Assembly: GCA_964537395.1 (NCBI GenBank)
Contig: CAZIBN010000012.1
Location: 633 to 64,632 of the forward strand
DNA: 64,000 bases
Origin: an uncultured Elusimicrobia bacterium
Lineage (GTDB): Bacteria > Elusimicrobiota > Elusimicrobia > UBA1565 > UBA9628
Reading direction: 5' to 3'
The notes under the pieces are model-generated. The model worked only from the letters and a program-made list of their open reading frames with translations, did no database searches and was not told the origin of the DNA. The position numbers were made by a program, and so were the translations under genes. Every line of letters begins with the position of its first letter. Position 1 is the stretch's first letter. Shown here piece by piece: positions 1 to 10,600 of the stretch.

Positions 1-660
1 GATCAGGACGCCTTTGAGTCCTTGGCCGAGCACGAAGCGAAGCCTTTCTTCGAGCTCTTCCTGCGGACCGCTCAGGTGGGGGAAATAAAGGCAGTTATGC
101 CGGGAGACGGCTTCGGCGATGCGCGAGACCCGCGATTGAAAAGCCGAAAAGGACGCGTCCACGATGTTCTGGTCGTCCTTGACGATGTCCCCGCCGCCGC
201 GCGCGAAGGCGGCGGCCGTTTCGGCGAGCTCGACCTCGGTCGAGCCCATCGGCTTGAGCGCCGTGGCGAGGAGGGGCCGGCCTTGGACGCCCAATAGAGA
301 GCGCAGGCCGGCGACGCCGAAATTCGGTCCGGAAAAAGAAGCGAGAAAGGAATCGGGGAATCGAAGATCGACCAGCCTCACGCCCGGCCAGATGGAGGCG
401 TTGCCGAAAACCAGATTCAGCAGGGCGCCGATGCGGCCGCCGGCGAGCGCGGCGGGGAAGTCGATCTCGACGCGGGAGCGGCCGCCGTCCACGGGCGTCA
501 GTGCCCCGACACGACCGACGATTTCTTCGCGGATCCTCGAGGAAAGGGGGAACTCGAAGGGGACCTCGACGGTTTCTTCAAAAGCGATGGCGCGGGCGGT
601 TTTCTCCGCTTCGGCGGACGGGCCGGGAACTTCGTAGACGGCGATCAGGCGCTCGCTCAT
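1..660 (-). CDS. RuBisCO-like protein (form IV / RLP), N-terminal 220 aa; gene runs off the left edge
   Basis: Hand translation from ATG at 660: MSERLIAVYEVPG...ARAIAFEETVE...LLNLVFGNASIW...FSGPNFGVAGLRSLLGVQGRPLLATALKPMG...FARGGGDIVKDDQN. These match RuBisCO large-subunit family motifs (GPxFG, RPL...KP, GxDxxKDD). Not in the supplied ORF track. Confidence 0.88.
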   Translation of the reverse strand, partial: MSERLIAVYEVPGPSAEAEKTARAIAFEETVEVPFEFPLSSRIREEIVGRVGALTPVDGGRSRVEIDFPAALAGGRIGALLNLVFGNASIWPGVRLVDLRFPDSFLASFSGPNFGVAGLRSLLGVQGRPLLATALKPMGSTEVELAETAAAFARGGGDIVKDDQNIVDASFSAFQSRVSRIAEAVSRHNCLYFPHLSGPQEELEERLRFVLGQGLKGVLI

Positions 661-666
661 GGGGCG

Positions 667-675
667 ATTATATCA
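667..675 (-). promoter_or_regulatory. Extended -10 promoter (TGaTATAAT) 6 nt before the RLP ATG
   Basis: Reverse complement of 667-675 is TGATATAAT; ATG at 660; no Shine-Dalgarno in between. Confidence 0.65.
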
Positions 676-1440
676 CCGTAGAGCGTCGAAGAGCACCTTG
701 GCGAAAAGCCCGGCGCAGACGAGGGCGACGACGGGGCGGATCAGGCGCGCGCCATTTTTGACGCCGAGGTGGGAGCCGACCCAATGTCCCGCGATCGAAA
801 GCAGGCTCATCGAGAGGCCGACCTTCCAATCCAGGCGGCCTGCCCACATGAACGCGGCGAGAGCGCCCATGTTCGAGACGAGGTTGAGGATCTTCGCGCG
901 CGCGGTGGCGCCGAGCAGGTCGTGCTTGCCCCAGCGGGCGAAGGCGATGGCGAAGAAGGTGCCCGTGCCCGGGCCGAAGAAGCCGTCGTAGGCGCCGATG
1001 GGGGCCGCGACGAGGATGCCGCGGCGCTGCCTTTCAGCGGCGCTCAGCCGGCCGCTGTCGTCGACGGAGCCGAAGTCTTTCTTGGACCAGACGAGCCAGG
1101 CCACGACGGGCAAAGCCGCGAGAAGCATCGGCCGGATCCAGGAGGGATCGACCAGGATGGCCGCGCGGGCGCCGAACCAGGAGCCGATCATCGAGGCCGC
1201 GATTACGGGCAGGAAATCTTTGATCGAGAACTTCAGCGCGCGGTGATAGCGCACGGTCGAGACCACGGTGCCGAGGCAGGAGGTGAGCTTATTGGTGCCC
1301 AGGATCAGGGCGGGGTTGAGGCCGACCGCGAGATAGGCGGGCAGGGTGATCAGGCCGCCGCCGCCGGCCAGGGCGTCCACGACTCCCGCGAAGAACACGC
1401 AGGCGGCCAGGAACAGCGTCGCGCCGGGGCCGAGGGGCAT
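673..1440 (-). CDS. TSUP family (TauE/SafE-like) membrane permease
   Basis: 255 aa, multiple TM segments, DALAGGGGLITLP, GTNK and YDGFFGPGTGTF motifs typical of TSUP/YfcA. Confidence 0.88.
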   Translation of the reverse strand: MPLGPGATLFLAACVFFAGVVDALAGGGGLITLPAYLAVGLNPALILGTNKLTSCLGTVVSTVRYHRALKFSIKDFLPVIAASMIGSWFGARAAILVDPSWIRPMLLAALPVVAWLVWSKKDFGSVDDSGRLSAAERQRRGILVAAPIGAYDGFFGPGTGTFFAIAFARWGKHDLLGATARAKILNLVSNMGALAAFMWAGRLDWKVGLSMSLLSIAGHWVGSHLGVKNGARLIRPVVALVCAGLFAKVLFDALR

Positions 1441-1563
1441 GATTCATTCTCGTCAAATCCGGCTCCGGGGTCAAGCGCTTCCTATTATAGAGAAAAATCG
1501 AAGAGCGCGAAAAATGGCCGATTTTATTTTAAATAGTGCATATAAATAAACATCTAATTGCTA

Positions 1564-1591
1564 TTGACAGACGCATTATTCCTGTTACACT
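1564..1591 (+). promoter_or_regulatory. Sigma70-type promoter of the giant gene
   Basis: TTGACA (1564-1569), 16-nt spacer, TG-n-TACACT (1583-1591), with an AT-rich tract upstream. ATG at 1598 lies 6 nt after the -10 box. Confidence 0.7.
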
Positions 1592-1597
1592 CCGGAG

Positions 1598-1690
1598 ATG
1601 CGGAAGCCCTCGTCCCCTCTCCGCAGGGTGCTCGCCGTTTGTCTCTCGCTGCTGATCCTTCCCTGGCAGCAACCGGCGCTTGCCCTGGCA
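1598..1690 (+). other. Sec-type signal peptide of the giant protein
   Basis: MRKPSSPLRR (basic n-region), VLAVCLSLLIL (h-region), PWQQPALALA (AxA-type c-region). Confidence 0.75.
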
Positions 1691-4600
1691 GAATCTTCAG
1701 CTTCTGGCGCCATAGTTTCCGGCGTCAAGCTCGACCATCCCCGCGAAGTCCTCGACGCGCTCGACCTGAAGCTGGCCGTGCTCCTGGCGCGGATCAAGAG
1801 CGACGATCTCATGACTCCGGCGCTGACGGCGGCCCTGCCCGAGGACCTCGCCAAGCTTAAGACCGGGTACAAGGCCGCGCAGGACAATTACATCGCGGCC
1901 GAAAAAGAGGCCCCTGACGCGGCCAAGCCCGAGCTCAAGGCGTTGTCCGCCGCGAGCACGGGCCAGCTCATCGTCGAGGCCGTCGTCGAGGCCGATCTCG
2001 GCGGGGTGCGCAAGGACCTGGCCGGCATGCTCGCCTCCGAGGTCTCGCTGAGCCGGCGTCCGGACCAGATCCCCGAGTCGGACTGGGCCGCCGTCGAGAA
2101 GGCGGCTCCGGATTTCAACGCGGGGCTTCTGCCCCTGTCCTCGAGGGTGGAGAAGGTCCGCAACCAGCCGCCGTACGCCGTCAAGGACGTCGAGGACGCC
2201 TACCGTCCGCTCGCGGACGCGCTCGACGCCTCGTTCCAGAATCTGCGCGGGCGCGCCTCCAGGATCGACATCGCCGGGCTGCTCGCAGCCAAGCCCAAGA
2301 CCGCCTCGGGCGACGCCGCCGGGGCCTTGATGGCCGAGGTCGCCCGGGCCCTTCCGGCGGATAAGGCGGCCCTGCTCAAGCCGCAGCTGGCCGCGGTCAA
2401 CACCAAGCTCGCGGGCTATCTGCACTCGGGAAATCCCGCCGACCTGACCTCGGCGCTCGCCGAGATCGACCGGCTCTACGACGCGGCCAATATCAAGAAG
2501 ATCGACCGCGCCGACATGTTCGACCGCATCGGCAATGCGGCGCAGGCGCGCGCTCAGACCTCCGTGCCGGCAGCGAGCGGCGCCGCAATCCAGTTCAGCG
2601 TGGTCCCGAAAGCTGTAGGGATCGACTCGAAGGACGTCCCGCTCCCGGCGGTCGAACCGGGAGAAAAGAAGTCTGCGCCGGCCGCGAGCAGCCTCGACGC
2701 CGACGCGCGCCTGGCCATGCAGACCGCAATGTCCGCGATGGGGCATATCATGCCCGACGGCGACCCGGCGAAGGCGGCGCTTGACGCGCTTTCGGCCGTG
2801 GGCGTGCCGGGCTCGAACAGCTTCGTCTCCGCCAAGGCTCGGGAGCTCTCTGAGATGCTGCTCGGCCGCGCGGCCGGGCTGAAGCGGGAGGACGCGGACG
2901 AGAAGGCGGCGAAGGGATTGGCAGACGCTTACGCGCTGATCGAGGCCCGGGTCACCTCCGTCGTGCTCGATGCGCCCGACCGCACCTTGGACCCGGCTCC
3001 GGCCGACGCCGAGAAGCTGGCGGCCTACAACATCAGGTGGGAGAAGAACTCCGCGGATCAGCTCAAAAAGCTCAAGGCGGTCGAGGCCGAGCTGACGTCC
3101 ACCGGCAAGACCGATCTCGGCGTCACGGGCCCCGGGGTGTGGGGCTGGAGCGAGGCGCTTCTCGCGGGGACTCCGGCGCTCGTGCCCGAGGCCGCCGCCA
3201 AGGCCCTCGCGCCCGCTCGCGCGCGGGCGAAGAAGCTCGTCGACCTGATCAGCTCCCTGCGCCATCAGCACGAGATCAGGGAGCTGGACCTGACGACCCC
3301 CAAGTGGGGCAAGGAGCTGAGGCTCACCATCCTCTATGCCGACGGGAAAGGCGCCGCGGGCGATCTCGGCGCGACGGGCAATGCCGTGGTCATCCAAACG
3401 GTCAAGGAGCGCGAGAGCCTGGAGAAGGCCGCGGGGATCCTCGCTCGATTCAAAGCGGTGACGCTCACCGGAGACCCCGCCGCCGACCGCGCGGCGCTCG
3501 ATTCGTTCTTCGACAAGGCCGAGAACAAGGCCGATAACCTGCCGCCGATGATGTCCGATTGGGTCCGGGTGCGGGACTTCGACCGGGGGAACGCCAAGCT
3601 CAAGGCCGAGGGCAAGCCGGAGCTGCCTCGCCCGCCGGGCCTGCCCGGAACGGACGAGACCTACAGGCGCTTCGTCGTCGCCGACCGGTATGAGCGGATC
3701 AAGGCGATCCCCGACCCGACCCAGCAGCAGATGGCGCAGCTGCACGAGACCTACTTTGCGATGAACCGCGCCGCCTACATCGCTCTCGGCTGCGATCCGG
3801 CCCAGCTCGCCGCGGCCGAGGGGTCCTCCGGATCCGCGGCGCAGGAGCCAGCGGCCGGCGAGGCTCAGGCCTCAGGGGGGAATCTCGATCCGAAGGAAAA
3901 GGCGGCCTTCTGCTCCGGCTTCCTCGCGAACGCGCGCCGGCCGGAGACCTATGACGTGAACGGGTTCTATGCGCAGAAGAAGCTCGCCGACCAGATCAAG
4001 CCGTTTCTCAACGACAACGAGCTGGCCAAGGCCGCGGCGAACCTGGGCACGACGACCGCGGAGATGCAGCGGAGCCTGAGAGCGATGTCTCCGGAGCTGC
4101 GCGCGAAGTTCAGCGAGAAGGGCGTGGATGTGGAGGGCATCCTCAACCAGGGCGAGCGCGGCCAGGTCCTGCGCTGGGCGGTCGTGGTCGACCAGCTCAA
4201 GACCGCGGGCGACGACGCCGGCTGGCGCGCGTACAGCGACGTGGTCATCCGCAACGTCTATGGCGACAAGACCGACTTGGCCACCAAGGCTCAATCCAAT
4301 AAGATGCGCGCGGCCGCGGCCTCGGAAGACGCGGCCGGCATGGCGGCGTCCCTCGGGGATATTCAGAATCCGGCGGTCCTGACCAACGGCTACCTCGCGG
4401 CCCTGCCCAAGATGCTCGGGTCCGAGCGCTCGCGGCGCTCGGCGCGCGATCGCGCGCTGCTGTTCATGTGGAACGGCGGCGCCAAGAAGGGCGAGGCGCC
4501 GGCGGAGAACACCTATGCGGGCCTGCTCCTGGCCGTGGCGGGTCAGTACGAGGCCGACGCCGCCAAGCCGGAGAATAAGGAGGGCGCGGCCGAGCTTAAG

Positions 4601-7600
4601 CGCCTGTCGGCGCTGATGCGCGAGGTCGCGGCGGATCCTTCCGATCCCGAGAAGTCCGCCGAGGCCCTGCGCGCCGCCGGCCGGCCCGTGTTCGACGCGC
4701 GCGCGGTGCGCGTCGGCATGGACACGACCAAGGTCCCCGCCGAGCCCGGCACCGAGGAGGAGAAGCGCGACTACCTGACGGCGCGCAGCCTGGCGGCGCT
4801 GTTCCTGTCCAAGGGCGAAAGCTTCCTCACCGCCGAAGGCGCCGCGAAGATCCGCAGCGGCCTGCTCAAGAAGATCGGAGGTGAGCTCGCCGACTCGCAG
4901 GAGCAGAACCGCCGCGACCAGCTGATCCGCTCCGCGTCGGACGAGCATCAGGACCGCATCGCGAAGCTCGGCGTCGTCTCGGGCGAGATGCTCGCCGAGG
5001 CGGGCGCGGGCGGCGGGGAGAGCGTCGTCGCCCGCCGCCGCATCGAGGGGAGCGCCTCCTATCGCGAGCTGCTGGGTGTGGCGAATTCAGTCAAGAGCTA
5101 CCAGAACGCGGACCTCGAGCTATACAACGTCACCGAGAAGCTCGCCGCCACCGCGTGGGGACGGGCGAGCATGACCTTGCCCGGCCTGCTCGCCTCCGCG
5201 CAGGCGCAGTCCTCGCTCACGCTTCGCTCCGCGGCCGGCCCCAACGGCCTGACCTTGTCCGGCTGGATGGTCGGCCTGCCCGATATCGGAGATGTCACGC
5301 GCGAGAATGGACATAAGGTGCCGTTGCCGGAAGACGAAAAACCCAGGGACCCGAAAGTCGTCGACGGGTTGATCATGGGTAATGTCCCGACGAATCTCCC
5401 GAAGGGTCCTTTGAATGGATTCACCTACAGGGATGCCAAAGGCCGTCAGATATTCACCTCGCTCAACGGCGACTATCAGGAAACGAGCATGGTCAAGACG
5501 ACCCCGCTCGACTACGACGACGGCAAGGGCGGGAAGGTCGCGGTCGAGGCCACGGTCATGCGCGGGACCAAGCTCGACAAGGAGGGCAAGCCGGCGCCGT
5601 TCGATTTCTACCGGCAGGGCAAGGGCACCTTCGTGCGCGTCGAGCGCGTGCGCAAAGGCCCCGACGGCGCCGAGCAGATCTACTATGAGCGCGTTCCGGT
5701 CACCGCCGCCGACGGCATAACGGGCGGCGCGCCGGTGAATACGACCTTCATCACGATGCGCGAGGGCAGCCGCACCGTGGTCGCGAGCGTGGACCGCGAC
5801 GGCTCCGGCGCCCTGCTGCGCTGGCGCGCGAGCTACGATAAATCCGAGGACTACATCGAGGTGGACCGCGCCGGGCGTTCCCAGACGGTGCGCGCCGGCT
5901 CGAAGGTGATGGTCTTCAGCCTGACCGAGGACGGCACGGGGCTGGCCGCCAGCCGCAACCGCCAGACCTTCGAGGTCGTCGGGGGCAACCAGGTCCTGAA
6001 GAAGGTCGAGTACTTCGACCTGGTCAAGAAGAGCCCGACCTACGGCCGGATGATGGTCGAGACGCCGCTGCAGGGCGACGTCGCCGGCGTCACGGTGATC
6101 CGCAGCTTCGGCGGTGCGACCCGGCTGGCCTCCTTGACGGCGGAGCAGCGGGACGCCATCATCCTCGGCAAGTCGAAGGAGCGATTCGTCGACGATCCCG
6201 CCGCGACGAGCTACCGCGTCCAGGCCGACCGCAACGGCATGACGCCGGAGAAGCTCGCTAAGTTCTACAGCAACGTCGCGCACTTGGTCAAAAACGATAT
6301 CGGGCTCACCGCGGGCACGGGCAAGGCTGTGGACGATGCGGTTTTGCGCGCTAAGTTCGCCTCCCAGTTCGTGGGCCTGGCGGCCTTCTTCGATGGACAG
6401 GCGATGGGACTGGGCAAGGATGCGACCCCGCAGGGAGGCCGCGCCATCAAGCCCGGCGCCTCCTCGGTCAGCTTCGACATCGGCCAGGGCGGTTCGGTGA
6501 GCGCGAGCTCCTCGGGCTTCGATCGGGGCACTTTGCGCGTCGAGCGCAGCAACTCGACGCAGTTCACCTTCGTCTCTCTGCCGGAGAACGCCCCGCACAT
6601 CGAGCACGGCAAGCCGCTGACCGGCCTGGATCCCAACGACAAGCTGGACAAGGCCATCCTCGACTCGATCTTGTCCCAGGAGCTCGCGGCCGTGCGACAG
6701 GCGCTCGGCGGTCAGGATTCCGGCTTCGTGATCTTCGACGGGGCGCCCGGCAAGCCGACGACGGTCGGAGGATTTTTCGGCAGCCACAACGGCAAGGAAG
6801 GCGTCCACTCCTTCTCGATGGTCGACACTATCACCAACCCGCACGATAAGGACAACGGCTTCGCCTATATCACCTCCTCGGACCTGGTGCGCCGCTTCCG
6901 AGTGGACAATAGGATCGCGGGCGAGGTTAAGGTCGGAGGGACGACCGCCGTCTCGAACGCAGGCGAGCACTGGGGCGCTTCCGCCAACAACAGGATCCGA
7001 TACTCGCCCTGGGGCCGTGCGAACCCGACCACGGCCGCGGTCCTGGGCGGCCTGGCCGGCGGCGTCGTCTCGGCCGTGGCCGACTGGAAGCTTCTGGCGC
7101 TGACCGTCGCGATGGGCGGCAGCAACATCATCGCCGGGGTGCTGGTGCGTACCACGAGCACCTTCCTGGTCACTACCGGAAAAATCATCCAGTACGGCGC
7201 ACGCGGCTTCGATCTCTACTTCAAGTATGAGATGGGCGTAGGCGCGTACCAGTCGGTTGGCGCGCTCAACAACTATGCGCAGACCGGCGATGTCGACAAG
7301 TTGAATGAGGGCATCATGGGCCTGACCGCCGCGGGCGTCGGCCTGTACGCGGGGCATAAGATCGGCAAGTTGACCCAGGGCCTCGGCGTGAAGCTTGAGG
7401 GCAGGGTCGAGAGCTACCTCAAAGGCAGGGGCATCGAAGTGATCCCCAAGGGCGGCGCCGCGCCGAACGCGGCGGGCGACAAGAACGAGCCGGCGAAGAA
7501 CGAGCCGGCGAAGAACGAGCCGGCCAAGAACGAGCCGGTCAAGAACGAGCCGGTCAAGAACGAGCCGGTCAAGAACGAGCCGGTCAAGAACGAGCCGGTC

Positions 7601-10600
7601 AGGAACGAACCGGTCAGGAACGAACCGGTCAGGAACGAGCCGAGCAGAACGGAGCCTGCACGCACGCCGAATGGCGAAGCCCCGAGGCCGCCCGTCGAGC
7701 GGACGCCTCCTCCGACGCCTCGCGCCCCGACGATGATGGGCCGGCTGGCGCAAAGCCTCGGCTTCAGCGGCGGCACGCTTAATTCTCCCAACTCCGCGCG
7801 GGCGACCGGAGAGGGCGCTACGCCCGGCGGCACGAAGTCCTCGGCCAACAGCGCCGTCGGCGAGGCCCCGGCCTCCGCGCCGAAGTCGGGTCCGTCCGGT
7901 GAGACGGCCGCCGCGGCGGCGCCGAAGGCCGGCCCGTCCGAGACTGTCGCCAAGGCCGGCGCGCCCGAAACCCCGGCGGCGAAGGCGCCTGCGCCCGAGT
8001 CCGCGCGCGCGGAGACCGCGAAAGGCGGCGCTGCCGAGAAGGCCGGCGGCGCCGAGAAGAATGCGGGGCCCAACGAGGTCGTCAGCTCGGAGTTCATCCG
8101 TCCCTTGGCTCCCGAGATCGCGGCCTCCCGCGGGGCGCCGGAAGGCTTACCGAGCGCCGCCGAGGGCATCATGCGTGGAGCCCGCCCGGAGGGCCCGGTG
8201 CGCGGCATGGCCAAGGAGGGGGCGGTTAAGGAGGGCGTGGAGCTTGTCGAGCCCGTGGCGCGACCCGAGGTGTCAAAGCGCGCTCGGATCGTCGAGCGCG
8301 AGCCCGCCGCCGAGCGAGCGGTCCGCGATTCGGATGCGTCTTCACGCGTGCCGGATCTGCCCGTGCGCGGCCTTGAGCCCGCGAAGGGAGCGCAGGCGGC
8401 TAAGGGCACGGAGCCGGCCAAGATCGTGGAGCCCTCCGGCAATGTCGACGCCGCGCTCGCCGCGAAGCCAGGAGCGAGCGCCACGACGGCCGACGCCGCG
8501 CCTCCGACGGGCGCGGGCCGCGCGCCCGCGGCCAAGCCGACCCGCTTCCAGCGCTTCAGTGACTTCATGAACGCGGACATCACCCTTAAGCGCATCACCG
8601 ATTTCATGGACGCGGACATCGCCCGGACGAAATCGGATTTCGCGCCGGCGCGGCAGCTCGGCCGCTGGGTGTCGGGCAAGGGCGAGGGGGCGATGGCCAA
8701 GCTTGACGGTGTCGAGATCCTGGGCTTGCGCGCGAGCGACGTGGTCCGCGCGCCCAAGCTCCTGGGGCTCGGGGTCGAGAAGATCGGCTCGGGCCTCACC
8801 GCTCTCGGGACCAAGTTCTCCTCGGGAATGTCCGGCCTGGCGCGCCTGGCGGGCTTCGAGGGCCTCGCGTCAAGGCTCGCTCCGCGCTTCAACGAGTACG
8901 GGCAGAGGATCGGCGTCGACGGCCATCCCGTGCCTCCGGGCTTCATCAGCTCCATGTTCCACGACGCGGGCGGTCTGCTCCAGGGCCGCTTCATGGCCGC
9001 GCCGCCCGGCGGTCGCCCGGCGACCATCGAGGAGCTGCGCTATCCCAAGCTCGCGGACCGGCCGTCGTTCCGGGAGGCGTTGACGGCCGAGGTCCGCTCT
9101 GCGGGCGGCGAGGTGGCCGGACGCTACGATCCGGCGACTCAGAAGGTGACCTTCGGTCCCAAGGCCTCGGGCCCGGCCGAGATCATCGTCGAGGTCCGTC
9201 CCGGCGCCGATGGCGCCGTCGAGATCACGGGCTATCGCGTCAAGGCGGCGGACCCGACGGTGGAGGCGCGCGCGCACGGCGAGGCGACGTCCTTGCTCCA
9301 GAGCACCTTCCGCATGGACCGGCATCAGGCCTCGCTGCAGGACGCCTTCGCCTCGAAGGGCGCGCGCGCGGAGCTGGCGCGCAACCTCGACGCGACGGGC
9401 GAGACCTATCTCGACCTGGCCTACGACGCCCCCGGCGGACGCTTGAGCGTCGCGGGCAAGCCCGGCGCCGGCGATGTGCGCGTGCGCCTGCGCGCAGGCG
9501 AGGACGGCGCTTTGGCCATCGGAGAGATCGTCGCTTTGAAGGAGGGAGCCAAGATCCCGAACGTACTCCGTGAGAACCTCAACGTCTTCGCCGCTCGCGA
9601 GACGGTGTCGATCGCGGAGAAGACGGGGGAGGCCGCGCGCCCGCTCACGCCTGAGGAACTGGGAGCCCGCCTGGTCGAGCGTCTGAAGGCCGAGCGGGTG
9701 CGCTACGAGCAGGAGAACGTCGAGCGCACGGCGCTGTCTGAATCCCGCGTCAAGGGAGCCAGAACGCGGCTTGATGCGGCGCAGACGGGGGCCGCCGCGC
9801 CCGGCACGCCGGAGCTCGCCACCGTACGCGGGATCGCGCGCAAAGTCGCGGAGCTGCGCATCGAGCGGGAGACGTCCGACCTGGAGACCGCGGCCGCCGA
9901 CAGGCACCTGGAGACGCTGAAGATCTCGAAGAAGGCCGTCCTTCGCGCCGAGGAGGCGCTCGGGGCGCGCGAGCGGGCCGGGCGCGAGCTCGACAAGGTG
10001 GAGACCGAGCACAGGGCAGCTCAGGCCGAGCTCAACGCGCTCGCGCAGGGCGACGTCGGGCGGCCGGCGGCGCAGGCGCGCCTGCGCGAGATCCAGGTCC
10101 GGGGGCGCGAGGTCGCGGAGCGCTTCCGCGTCGTCGATGAGAACGCCGCGCGCACCGGCGCCGAGCTGACCGAATCCGCGGTCGACGCGCTCGTCCGGCG
10201 CCAGGCGGCGAGCCAGAAGATCGCCGTGATCGAGGCGGCCGGCCGCGTCGCCATGGGTGAGCTGAGGACCGCGGTGCGCGAGGCCCGCGGCGGCAAGCAG
10301 TCCTCCGCCGAGCAGAAGGCGGCCGTTCGTGAGGCGCTCGCCAACGAGCGCCTCGCCGCGGCGGAGTTCGCGCGGGCGGAGGAGGGCGGCATCCGCGAGT
10401 ACCAGCTCAACGGCCTGCACAGCTCGGGCGGCGGCGGCGGCCGGCGCGTGGTGATGATGCGTCTGCTGGCCGAGGAGGGCGCGCTGAAGGGCGGACGCAG
10501 CAGCGTCGGCCAGGAGGCGGGCAAGAACCTCTGCGTCGTGGCCACGGCCGCCGACATGGTCGCGACCGCGCTGGGGCGGCCGGCCTCGCGAGCCCTGGCC

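Noticed and set aside
2460-6402. Recurring (L/F)(F/Y)D motifs in the giant protein's N-terminal region (RLYDA, DMFDR, SFFDK, PVFDA, AFFDG)
   Set aside because: Too short and irregularly spaced to call a repeat without a profile search.
7481-7660. Tandem repeat as a possible CRISPR array
   Set aside because: 15-nt units abut without spacers, stay in frame within a CDS, and no cas genes are present.
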